A stretch of DNA of 39,903 bases, from positions 1-39,903 of the IMG/VR virus record IMGVR_UViG_3300048861_000044; one strand, 5' to 3'. The notes under the pieces were generated by a model. The model searched no databases. It saw nothing but the letters and a program-made list of their open reading frames with translations, and had not been told where the DNA came from. Positions 1 through 7,360 of the stretch are shown piece after piece. Both the position numbers and the translations under genes were made by a program. This DNA comes from a virus (taxonomy: Duplodnaviria > Caudoviricetes). Position 1 is the stretch's first letter, and the number at the start of each line of letters is the position of its first letter.

Positions 1-9
1 GATGGTGTC

Positions 10-720
10 TCACTGGCTTATGTCTCCTTGCGCAAAGTTGTCGAATGCGGCGGACCATTGATCGATTGGTGGGGCTTGCTCCAGGTACTCCGAATTCTTA
101 GGAAGAACCCATTGGCCAAGCTCGCGAACTCCCTTTTCAACTTCCTCGTTGAATCGGTAGACCTCGTCCTCCATCCGCTTGATGATTTCCTCGTCCCGCT
201 GAAGGCGAACGATCCATGGCTTGAACCGGGGATGGTAGGACACAAAGTCTGCCCACTCGCGCTCGCAGCAGAGCATGTTCCAATACATCTGCGGCCTGTG
301 CTCCTCTGGGACCACGCCATCCTGCATCCACTCGCAATGGGTCGTGATGCGTCCACACTTGATCTCAATAAGACCGTCGCTGTTGACCAGACCGTCAGGG
401 CTACTCGCAGCGAAATCCCACTCCGGATGCAGTACAAGGCCAACCCGATCCACCATCACATCTCGCTCTACCTCATAGGCAGCTCGAGCGTAAGGCTCTA
501 ACTCTGTACCTCGCTCCATGTCTGCGGAAACGAAGTGATCTGATGCAAGTCCGGTTAGGCGCTCGGTGATGAGCTCAAGGCGGTACTTAGCCCTTGCCGC
601 AGACTCACCTTCTTTTCGCTTGAGGACCGCACATGCGTCTGAGACTCTTGAGGCGGTCACCTTGCCAACTCGGTGAGCTAGCCATTCCGCACTACCTTGC
701 TCTACGTTGACGACGCGCAT
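10..720 (-). CDS. YqaJ-like viral recombinase / lambda-exonuclease family nuclease
   Basis: QGSAEWLAHR...TASR, MERGTELEP, ASSPDGL...IEIKC, PQMYWNM motifs. Confidence 0.93.
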   Translation of the reverse strand: MRVVNVEQGSAEWLAHRVGKVTASRVSDACAVLKRKEGESAARAKYRLELITERLTGLASDHFVSADMERGTELEPYARAAYEVERDVMVDRVGLVLHPEWDFAASSPDGLVNSDGLIEIKCGRITTHCEWMQDGVVPEEHRPQMYWNMLCCEREWADFVSYHPRFKPWIVRLQRDEEIIKRMEDEVYRFNEEVEKGVRELGQWVLPKNSEYLEQAPPIDQWSAAFDNFAQGDISQ

Positions 721-1781
721 TAGTAAGCCACCTTTACATTGGGGATCTGGCCTTTAGCGATAGCAGTGATAGCCTTTCGGGCATCATCATTGGATAAGCC
801 GGCAGCTACCAGAGCCTCCAGGGCCGTGTTGTTGACCTCGGCCCGGTGCGCCTTGTCTTTCTCCCGCGCCTTCGCCTCTTCCTCCGCACGGCGCTTCTCA
901 TTGGCCACACGCTGGCGCTCGGCTTCGATAGCGGCCTGCTTCTCCCGCGCATGACGCTCTTCCGCAGCGATACGATCCGCCTCGGCCTTGCGGGCCTTCA
1001 TCTCTGCGGCTTCTTTTGCGATGATCACGTCGTGCTCACGCTGGCGCGCTTCACGCTCTAAACGTGCTTCTCGCTCAGCAGCTTCTCGTGCAGCCTGCTC
1101 CTCCCGCGCCTTCGCCTCGCGCTCTGCGCGCTCCTTAACTTCGCGGGCGATACGCTCCTCGCGGTCCCGCTGTTCACGCTCAGCCGCCTCAGCACGTAGG
1201 CGAGCTAGCTCGGCGGCTTGCTCCTCGCGTACCTTGATGCGCTCCATGATGTCTTTGGTTCGCAGTATCTCGGCATCGATAACCTGCTTAGCTCTAGCAC
1301 CGAACTCTTGCCAATCTCGCGAGACGTAAGTAGCCTGCAGGAATTGCAGGCGGTATTCGATCTCCTGCGAAGTCTCCGTGGCTCCATACATCGAGCTTTC
1401 CGGGATCTCGGCTATCGCTTTCTCGTGCGCGGCTACTCGCTCTTTCTCGGCATTCTCCCAATCCGTGAGGGGCTTGCGCACTTCGGCCTGCAGCGATTCA
1501 AATTCGTTCCAGACGCGCCGGCCTTCGGCATCTATCACCGCCAAACGCTTTTTCTCGTCGGCAACCAAGGCTTTACGCTGGTCGTCGATGAATGTCTTGC
1601 TTCGTGCGATCTTGTAGGAGAGTGATGCAAGTTCCTTGCGATTGCCGGGGGTGGATATGTCCAGCTTCGCGGCCTGGTCCAATGCCTCAGTCCGGATCTT
1701 CCCGATAATCGGGTCGATGACCTCTGGTTTGAATAGGTCAATCGGTGCGAGTTTTTCAATAACTGCAAGTTCGGTCGACAT
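720..1781 (-). CDS. Conserved phage coiled-coil protein (often mis-annotated as TolA-like) of recombination modules
   Basis: RKELASLSYKIARSKT and VRKPLTDWE motifs, long EAR-rich coiled coil, C-terminal IAKGQIPNVKVAY; 1-nt overlaps with both neighbours. Confidence 0.75.
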   Translation of the reverse strand: MSTELAVIEKLAPIDLFKPEVIDPIIGKIRTEALDQAAKLDISTPGNRKELASLSYKIARSKTFIDDQRKALVADEKKRLAVIDAEGRRVWNEFESLQAEVRKPLTDWENAEKERVAAHEKAIAEIPESSMYGATETSQEIEYRLQFLQATYVSRDWQEFGARAKQVIDAEILRTKDIMERIKVREEQAAELARLRAEAAEREQRDREERIAREVKERAEREAKAREEQAAREAAEREARLEREARQREHDVIIAKEAAEMKARKAEADRIAAEERHAREKQAAIEAERQRVANEKRRAEEEAKAREKDKAHRAEVNNTALEALVAAGLSNDDARKAITAIAKGQIPNVKVAY

Positions 1782-2536
1782 TACCTAGCTTCCTTTCCAT
1801 AGAGCTCTGCCTTCTTCAGGTCCTTGGCTTTGATAAATGCCTGCATCGCGGCCTTATCTCCTAGGTCCTGCGCGATTTTGTAGCCTGCACTGAAGGTCTT
1901 CTGCAGAATGGGGAGGGAGTCTGCAGCTTCGATAAGACCCATCACGCGGTCATAGTCTCCGGTTTCCATCTCTGGCTTTTCGCCAGACCCATTGCCGTCG
2001 TCGTCCACGTTCCCGTCCCGACTTGCGAGCCCGGTAGCCAGCTCGAATACAGCGATCTTGGCGTAGGTGATCGAAGATTTTATTTGCTGGAGGGGGTTCT
2101 TTGCGCCAGAAGTATCCTTCGGAACCGTCATCCACTTTGTCTGCCCTTTGTGACCCAGAGCATGAGTTATAGTGCAACCGACGCGAATCTCTGTTGTTTG
2201 GTCAAGTTCCCACTCCGCGCTCAAGCCGTGCTTGCCGAGCAGCGGGGTCACCGTGTTCACCAGGTTGCCAATGGACGTGTACCTAGACCCGTACTGCTTG
2301 TTCTCTTTGTCCTTCGTGATAACGATGGCTTCCTTTTTGAAATCTGACATCGCTTGGACAAAAGCCTTCTCTGCCTGCTTGGCTTCCCACTGGAACTGCA
2401 TCTCCATCAAGCGCTGCATCCGATCTAAGTCGGCGTTCTGTGACATTGCCATCTGCAGGAGCATCATGGGAGTGACTTCGCTTCGGGGACCCTGAACTTC
2501 GTGAGAGGGATTGATTGTTAGTGTGGTTTCGGACAT
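1781..2536 (-). CDS. erf: ERF-family single-strand annealing recombinase
   Basis: AFVQAMSDF..., Y..I...VTPLLGKHGL, CTITHALGH, NPLQQIKSSITYAK...GL...DDDGN motifs; lies upstream of the YqaJ exonuclease. Confidence 0.85.
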   Translation of the reverse strand: MSETTLTINPSHEVQGPRSEVTPMMLLQMAMSQNADLDRMQRLMEMQFQWEAKQAEKAFVQAMSDFKKEAIVITKDKENKQYGSRYTSIGNLVNTVTPLLGKHGLSAEWELDQTTEIRVGCTITHALGHKGQTKWMTVPKDTSGAKNPLQQIKSSITYAKIAVFELATGLASRDGNVDDDGNGSGEKPEMETGDYDRVMGLIEAADSLPILQKTFSAGYKIAQDLGDKAAMQAFIKAKDLKKAELYGKEAR

Positions 2537-2683
2537 TTACTTGCACCCCATGTCTTCGTCGGCCCAGCCAGCGGCAGTAAGAATCGTCCAGATAAAGAAG
2601 CAGGATGCGACGTAGAGAACGATGGCGCTTCCAAGGATGTAAACTCCGCTCAAATAGCTGATTTCAATTCCGAACATCGTCAT
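2537..2683 (-). CDS. Small single-TM membrane protein (48 aa, MTMFGIEI...)
   Basis: RBS GGGAG, ATGA overlap with upstream gene, hydrophobic stretch; true start is downstream of the 2908 track start. Confidence 0.6.
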   Translation of the reverse strand: MTMFGIEISYLSGVYILGSAIVLYVASCFFIWTILTAAGWADEDMGCK

Positions 2684-2835
2684 TGCTGTTCTCCCTTGCC
2701 GATCCAATAAGCCCGGATGATGTCTTGGCGGGCGAATCCGTTTGGCGTCCAGTGGTTGAGCATTTCCCAGATCTCTTTGGGTAGCGCTGCGGTGTTTACT
2801 ACTGCGGGCGTTTGGTGAGTCGCTTGATCTCTCAC
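2680..2835 (-). CDS. Hypothetical protein (51 aa, MRDQATHQ...KGEQQ)
   Basis: GTGA/ATGA overlaps at both ends, GGAGG RBS; below ORF-track cutoff. Confidence 0.55.
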   Translation of the reverse strand: MRDQATHQTPAVVNTAALPKEIWEMLNHWTPNGFARQDIIRAYWIGKGEQQ

Positions 2836-2951
2836 GCGGCCTCCAACTCTTGGCCATAAACCTCGAGCTCGTCTTCGTCCTCGTTGTCGGAGTCGTCCGC
2901 ATTGGCAAGGTCGTACTGATACTCGAGGTAATCCATGCTCGGGCCGATCAT
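2832..2951 (-). CDS. Very acidic 39-aa protein (MIGPSMDYLEYQYDLANADDSDNEDEDELEVYGQELEAA)
   Basis: GGAGG RBS, ATG immediately after the upstream TAG, GTGA overlap downstream. Confidence 0.55.
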   Translation of the reverse strand: MIGPSMDYLEYQYDLANADDSDNEDEDELEVYGQELEAA

Positions 2952-3158
2952 CTATGCCTCCAACCGAGGTAGCCGTGAGGCTTCTTCGCGGATCGCCGCA
3001 ACGATGAGGTGGCGAGACCAGTAGAGGTTGTCTTCTGCCGTCTTCGAGGGCCGGTCGGCGAGAACCGAGTCGATGCCATCACGGAGCATGACGAGCTTCG
3101 TGAGCGTGTCGATAGGAGCTGCAGGGGCAATCTTCGGAGCGAGAACGAGGGTCTGCAT
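2952..3158 (-). CDS. Hypothetical protein (MQTLVLAPK...)
   Basis: Tightly packed in the leftward operon; start could alternatively be 3173. Confidence 0.55.
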   Translation of the reverse strand: MQTLVLAPKIAPAAPIDTLTKLVMLRDGIDSVLADRPSKTAEDNLYWSRHLIVAAIREEASRLPRLEA

Positions 3159-3159
3159 C

Positions 3160-3351
3160 TTAAGCCGCCGCATTCTTTAGCCAGCAGACCGGCCAGTTGT
3201 AAGAAACGTGACGTGGGTTATAGAAATGGCGAAGCATGGTGAAGGAGCGGCCCTCGTTGATGGCAATTTCGATGGCCCGCGTCATCTTCTTTTCTTGACC
3301 CGACTGCTTCGAAGTCCATACAGAGCGTCCGGTTTGTGTAAGGTATGCCAT
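3160..3351 (-). CDS. Hypothetical protein (MAYLTQTG...)
   Basis: ATG 2 nt after the upstream stop, GAAGG RBS. Confidence 0.5.
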   Translation of the reverse strand: MAYLTQTGRSVWTSKQSGQEKKMTRAIEIAINEGRSFTMLRHFYNPRHVSYNWPVCWLKNAAA

Positions 3352-3353
3352 GA

Positions 3354-3674
3354 CTACGCCGCCTTCCGGTCGTCGCCGCAGCAGGGGACAAACCATCCGG
3401 ACTCTTCAGCGAGGCATTGCGGGCAGGTGATCTCGCCATCAACGACGCGGGGAGATTCGCTGGTGTAGGTTGGAGTTCCGCATCCTTCGCACATACCGAG
3501 GAAGGAGTCACACTGGACCGGGGCCGGCGTCTCGCCGTCTCTGTAGATCTCTAAGCGAACTGGGAAGGGAATTACGTTTGATTCGATCGCTGGAACGATC
3601 TCTGCGAGGTTGGTTATTACCGGGGAACCAACAACGGTGAGGCTGTAAGGGGCTTCGTCGTGTGAGGTCATCAT
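3354..3674 (-). CDS. First gene of the PL operon; putative zinc-binding protein
   Basis: CEGC...CPQC pairs; AGGAG RBS downstream of the PL promoter. Confidence 0.65.
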   Translation of the reverse strand: MMTSHDEAPYSLTVVGSPVITNLAEIVPAIESNVIPFPVRLEIYRDGETPAPVQCDSFLGMCEGCGTPTYTSESPRVVDGEITCPQCLAEESGWFVPCCGDDRKAA

Positions 3675-3691
3675 GGTCTAGTCTCCTGTCG

Positions 3692-3756
3692 ATTGCTACA
3701 AAATCAATCTGACAAGAATGACACTAGAACAATCGGCTGATTGTGTCAATAACAAT
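3692..3756 (-). promoter_or_regulatory. PL-like sigma70 promoter with three 17-bp ATTG-N9-CAAT operators
   Basis: Minus strand TTGACA (3749-3744)-17 nt-TAGTGT (3726-3721); operators at 3692-3708, 3717-3733 (imperfect) and 3740-3756. Confidence 0.8.
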
Positions 3757-3790
3757 TTCAGGATTTTTAGAAATTACTCGGAGATCCGGG

Positions 3791-4003
3791 CTAGAGCCCA
3801 GAAAGAAGATTTGATAGGGAGGTGTCTAGGGCCACGGAAACGTCCTTCAGTGTTAGAAGGCATATTTCCTTTTTACCGTTCTCGATATCCGAAACGTAAT
3901 TCTCTGAAATTCCGGTGTGATGGGCTAAGTCTATCTGGCGCCATCCTCTATCCAGGCGCAGCCGGCGTATCCGGGACCCAAGTGTTTTGAGGATGTCGGC
4001 CAC
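3791..4003 (-). CDS. XRE-family HTH regulator resembling RM controller (C) proteins
   Basis: LGSRIRRLRLDRGWRQIDLA...GISENYVSDIENGKKEICLLTL; GTG start with no SD. Confidence 0.85.
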   Translation of the reverse strand: MADILKTLGSRIRRLRLDRGWRQIDLAHHTGISENYVSDIENGKKEICLLTLKDVSVALDTSLSNLLSGL

Positions 4004-4053
4004 TCCAACTATGGTGGGACAGCTGATTTGTTAGCGATCCAACGATAGTTGGA
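4004..4053. promoter_or_regulatory. Two palindromic operators TCCAAC-N4-GT(T/G)GGA upstream of the C-like HTH gene
   Basis: TCCAACtatgGTGGGA at 4004-4019 and TCCAACgataGTTGGA at 4038-4053. Confidence 0.65.
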
Positions 4054-4105
4054 GTCGTGCGGCTGACTACCTTTAAATCGTTAGGTTCTTGGGGATTGTT
4101 GGGGG

Positions 4106-4762
4106 CTATTGCGAGGAAGTAAGATCTTCAAGACGATGCATAGCCGTGCCGATGATAGCTATCAATTGCCTGTCAGATCTCATTGGAGCATAGTTCGGGT
4201 TTAGTGGAGATAATTCAAATACAGGACTACCTTTCTCGTTTAGTCCAGCGTCCCGATATTGTCTAAATATAACTTCAGGGCTGTGTTCGGTTACGGCAAC
4301 CACGAAGTTACCAGGTCGGGGTTTTACGGCAGGATCGATTATGATCATGTCGCCATCTCGGAAACGGGGCGTCATTGAATCCCCTCGTATTCGTAGGGCG
4401 AACGACATTTTTGAGTACTCACCATAGGTCAGGATAAAGTCGTCCGAATCAGAGTCTCGAAATTGTTCGACGGCTTTCTGATATTGAACGGCTTGCACGT
4501 AGTCTAGTACCGGTATTCTTCTTCCCTTTACCTCATCTACTACAACGTTTGGGTCAAAGGTAAGGTTTGGGGCTATCAATTGCGCAGGGGAAACGTCCAG
4601 CGCTTCTGCTATGTCCTTCAGGGTAGGGCGGATCATTTCATACCTACCCTTCAGGGCTCTATTGATGGTTGCTGTGTCGACACCGGACTTCTCGGAGAGC
4701 TGCGCCTGCGTCATTTTCTTACGTAGAAGCAGCTCAGCTAGGTTTTTGCCTAATGGATTCAT
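4106..4762 (-). CDS. cI: CI-like repressor (XRE HTH + S24 LexA-type C-terminal domain)
   Basis: N-terminal HTH (MTQAQLSEKSGVDTATINR), IPVLDYVQA, ALRIRGDSMTPRFRDGDMIIIDP, LSPLNPNY; divergent from cro; start placed at ATG 4762. Confidence 0.92.
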   Translation of the reverse strand: MNPLGKNLAELLLRKKMTQAQLSEKSGVDTATINRALKGRYEMIRPTLKDIAEALDVSPAQLIAPNLTFDPNVVVDEVKGRRIPVLDYVQAVQYQKAVEQFRDSDSDDFILTYGEYSKMSFALRIRGDSMTPRFRDGDMIIIDPAVKPRPGNFVVAVTEHSPEVIFRQYRDAGLNEKGSPVFELSPLNPNYAPMRSDRQLIAIIGTAMHRLEDLTSSQ

Positions 4763-4784
4763 ACCTATTCCAGTAGACGTGAAA

Positions 4785-4848
4785 ATTGCTATTGACACAA
4801 TGATACTGTAACAGTTATTGTCGATTTTGGAATTGATTTTGTGACAAT
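4785..4848 (+). promoter_or_regulatory. PR-like promoter with ATTG-N9-CAAT operators
   Basis: TTGACA 4792-4797, TATTGT 4816-4821; operators at 4785-4801 and 4832-4848, nearly identical to the PL copies. Confidence 0.8.
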
Positions 4849-4859
4849 TTGAGGTGACC

Positions 4860-5096
4860 GTGATAACGCCTTTGAAGCGAATCAGGGAGAAGCGTGGATT
4901 TACCCAGCGTCAAGTAGCTACCGATAACGAAATCGATCCCGGTAACTATAGCAGGATCGAGCGCGGGGACGATAAGTTGACACCCAAGAAGGCCGAGAGA
5001 CTGTCAAGATATTTCGGCGGAGCGGTAACAGAGCTTGAGCTTCTATACCCGGAAAGATTCCTAGTAGCGCCAGTAGATCCAGATCGAGCCGCATAG
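4860..5096 (+). CDS. cro: Cro-like repressor
   Basis: TPLKRIREKRGFTQRQVA...PGNYSRIERG...ELELLYPERF; GAGG RBS before GTG 4860; divergent from cI. Confidence 0.88.
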   Translation: MITPLKRIREKRGFTQRQVATDNEIDPGNYSRIERGDDKLTPKKAERLSRYFGGAVTELELLYPERFLVAPVDPDRAA

Positions 5097-5117
5097 AAGG
5101 CTTCCGAAAGGGGGCCT

Positions 5118-5228
5118 ATGCGCTCTCCAGAACCGACTGAATACCTTATCCCCACGTCTGTTGAGTTCGATCGAGAACTCGAAGAGTTGCTATCTGAAGA
5201 CGATCTCCCGTACGAGGAGGTCGAGTAA
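5118..5228 (+). CDS. Acidic 36-aa protein (MRSPEPTEYLIPTSVEFDRELEELLSEDDLPYEEVE)
   Basis: AAGGGGG RBS; TAATG coupling to the replication gene. Confidence 0.5.
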   Translation: MRSPEPTEYLIPTSVEFDRELEELLSEDDLPYEEVE

Positions 5229-6256
5229 TGCGCTGGTTCAAGCATCTTTCTATGGCGCACGATGACGTTGGCCTGTCCACCCTGCTCGAGGCAATGGGGC
5301 CGGAGGCCTACGGCATCTACTGGCTACTTCTGGAGCACTTCGCTTCGGTCATGGAAAAGGACTGCACTGCGGTTCCTGAGCTCATCCACAGCGAGCAAAG
5401 ATGGGCGACGATCTGTCATACATCGAGCAGAAAATTTCGGAAGTTTGCAGAAATTGCAGCAGAACTAAAGCTAATCGAAAGCAAATCTCAAGCAGAACTA
5501 AAGCAGTTCTCAAGCAGAATGCCAGCAATTCGATTAGCAATCTGTATCCCTAAGTTATTGAAATATAGGGATGAGTACTCCAGAAAATCCGGACACTCTC
5601 CGGACAAACTCCCAGCTAGAACAGATACAGATGGAGATACAGATACAGATACAGATACAGATGGAGAGTTAAAAACTCTTGCGTCCAGCGCAGAAGCGCT
5701 TCCCGCCAGCGAGCCCCAAGATACGCTTTCACTCGTTTCGGTTTCCTCCCCAGAACCGCACATCGGAACTCTTCCACTCGTGGATGGATCTTCGTTTGGA
5801 TTCACCAAGGATGACGTCGGCGACTGGAGTGAAGCCTACCCAGCCGTAGACGTCCTCCAGCAGTTGCGCGAGATGCGCGAGTGGTGCAAAGCAAACCCAA
5901 AACTTCGCAAGACCCGCAGTGGCATCAGGCGCTACGTCACGACCTGGTTAGCGAAGGAGCAGGACAAAGCAGGAGGAGGACGGAACAATGCACGACCAGA
6001 CGCAGTACTCGAACGACAGAAACAGAACCTCGCCAACATCGAAGCCGCAGCCCAGCGACTTGAAGATGCTGATGGCACAAGCGGTGGCTTTCTTTCCCAA
6101 CCAGACACTCCCACCGGGAACGCCGGACGTTTACCTCCTCGCGTGGAAGCAGATCGCGGAGAGGTATGGGGCGAACCGATTTCAGAACGCATTGTGGAAC
6201 GTTCTGCGCCGGTCGGACTTCTTTCCATTGCCGAAGGCTATCGAGGACGAATGTGA
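5228..6256 (+). CDS. Phage replication initiator protein
   Basis: MRWFKH...MGPEAYGIYWLLLE winged-helix N-terminus, DTDTDT linker, C-terminal AYPAVDVLQQLREMREWCKANPKLRKTRSGIRRYVTTWLAKEQD domain; internal iterons. Confidence 0.88.
   Translation: MRWFKHLSMAHDDVGLSTLLEAMGPEAYGIYWLLLEHFASVMEKDCTAVPELIHSEQRWATICHTSSRKFRKFAEIAAELKLIESKSQAELKQFSSRMPAIRLAICIPKLLKYRDEYSRKSGHSPDKLPARTDTDGDTDTDTDTDGELKTLASSAEALPASEPQDTLSLVSVSSPEPHIGTLPLVDGSSFGFTKDDVGDWSEAYPAVDVLQQLREMREWCKANPKLRKTRSGIRRYVTTWLAKEQDKAGGGRNNARPDAVLERQKQNLANIEAAAQRLEDADGTSGGFLSQPDTPTGNAGRLPPRVEADRGEVWGEPISERIVERSAPVGLLSIAEGYRGRM
5458..5527. repeat. Tandem 11-bp degenerate repeats (AGC(A/T) core at 5458, 5469, 5480, 5491, 5502, 5513, 5524); candidate ori iterons
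   Basis: AGCAGAACTAAAGC twice and TCTCAAGCAGAA twice, inside the initiator gene as for lambda ori. Confidence 0.7.
5621..5666. repeat. ACAGAT hexamer repeat encoding a DT-rich linker
   Basis: acagatacagatggagatacagatacagatacagatacagatggag. Confidence 0.8.
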
Positions 6257-6419
6257 GGCGATGCGGCGCGAATCATGGGGCGGGAAAGTCGATGAGATGG
6301 TCGAGTACCGCCGCGAGATTCGTGAGCATCCTGAGCGGTTCGTGAGGATGAGCGATCTAGTTGCTGAGGCTACGGCAAACGTTGCGAGACGCAGACAGAG
6401 AAAGGCAGGATCAGCATGA
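5988..6419 (+). CDS. Replication accessory protein (putative helicase loader-like)
   Basis: Strong GGAGGAGG RBS, FFPLPKAI motif, position after the initiator, ATGA overlap with the next gene. Confidence 0.6.
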   Translation: MHDQTQYSNDRNRTSPTSKPQPSDLKMLMAQAVAFFPNQTLPPGTPDVYLLAWKQIAERYGANRFQNALWNVLRRSDFFPLPKAIEDECEAMRRESWGGKVDEMVEYRREIREHPERFVRMSDLVAEATANVARRRQRKAGSA

Positions 6420-6676
6420 TACCGATTGGAAAAGTTTTAGAGCGTGCCCGCGAGCTGCAAGGGCTGAGTCGGCCGGAGCTCGCGGAGAGGGCAGGATGTA
6501 ACCGGTCGCTCGTTTACAAGATCGAGATAGGCGCACGCAGCCCGCATCTGGAAACGCTGGAGAAGTTCGCGAATGCTCTCGGCATCCAGGTTTGGGAGAT
6601 GGTGAAGATCGCGCAAAGGCTCGAGAGATCGTCACGCAAGCGCAGAGAGAAGATCGTCAACGAGGTGGCCGCATGA
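6416..6676 (+). CDS. XRE-family HTH protein
   Basis: ARELQGLSRPELAERAGCNRSLVYKIEIGARSPHLETLEKFANALG. Confidence 0.88.
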   Translation: MIPIGKVLERARELQGLSRPELAERAGCNRSLVYKIEIGARSPHLETLEKFANALGIQVWEMVKIAQRLERSSRKRREKIVNEVAA

Positions 6677-6873
6677 TGATCTTCGCTTACTGCCGCTGTG
6701 GCTGGACGGCATTCGTTACGGACCTGACAGCCCTGAACGGGATGCACCTGTGCCAGCCCGGAAACATCCTGCTGTATCGGCAGTTCAACCAAAAGCACAT
6801 CGCCCCAGACGGCGTAACCGTCCTGTTGGGGCAAGCCAGAGCCGCTAAGGAATTCGAGAGGTTGACCGCATGA
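6673..6873 (+). CDS. Hypothetical protein (MMIFAYCRCGW...)
   Basis: GAGGTGG RBS, ATGA overlaps at both ends. Confidence 0.6.
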   Translation: MMIFAYCRCGWTAFVTDLTALNGMHLCQPGNILLYRQFNQKHIAPDGVTVLLGQARAAKEFERLTA

Positions 6874-6995
6874 GGGTGCTCAGGAAGCCGAAGTACTACT
6901 TGGTGCCTTGCGATCTTTGCCGATCTGCTATCGGCGAGGACTGCGACAAGTGTGGAGGCGCTGGAACGGTGGCGATCGTGGAGAAAAAGAAGTGA
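6870..6995 (+). CDS. Small zinc-finger protein (41 aa, CDLC...CDKCGGAG)
   Basis: ATGA overlap upstream, TGATG coupling to rusA; below ORF-track cutoff. Confidence 0.6.
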   Translation: MRVLRKPKYYLVPCDLCRSAIGEDCDKCGGAGTVAIVEKKK

Positions 6996-7345
6996 TGGAA
7001 CTCACCCTCACCATCCCCCTAGAACCTCCAACGGTGAACATGTACGTTCGCCACACACGCCGCGGCCGGCACTACAAAACCCGAGAGGCTGAAGCGTGGG
7101 CGTCGGCGGTCGCTGTGATAGCAGCAGGGCAGTATGTTCCCGGGAAAGCGCATGAGATCACCTACACGGTCTACCAGGGTTACAAGAGCCGGGGTGACGT
7201 CGACAACTACGCCAAGTGCCTGATCGATTCGCTAGTCGGCGCCGGCGTGATCAAGTCAGACGCGTCCGTGATTGATCTCCACGCCCACAAGCGGCGTGAT
7301 CGTGCAAACCCCCGAACCGAAATTGTTGTACGAGCTGTGAATTGA
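6995..7345 (+). CDS. rusA: RusA-family Holliday junction resolvase
   Basis: PPTVN, GDVDNYAKCLIDSL..AGVIKSDASV, NPRTEIVV motifs. Confidence 0.9.
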   Translation: MELTLTIPLEPPTVNMYVRHTRRGRHYKTREAEAWASAVAVIAAGQYVPGKAHEITYTVYQGYKSRGDVDNYAKCLIDSLVGAGVIKSDASVIDLHAHKRRDRANPRTEIVVRAVN

Positions 7346-7360
7346 TCGATTGAGGTAACG

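Noticed and set aside
720-1781. Host TolA or tape-measure protein
   Set aside because: Similarity would come from low-complexity EAR-rich coil; no TM anchor; located in the recombination operon of a podovirus
5458-5666. CRISPR array or contingency repeat
   Set aside because: Short in-frame coding repeats without spacers; a hexamer unit would not shift the frame
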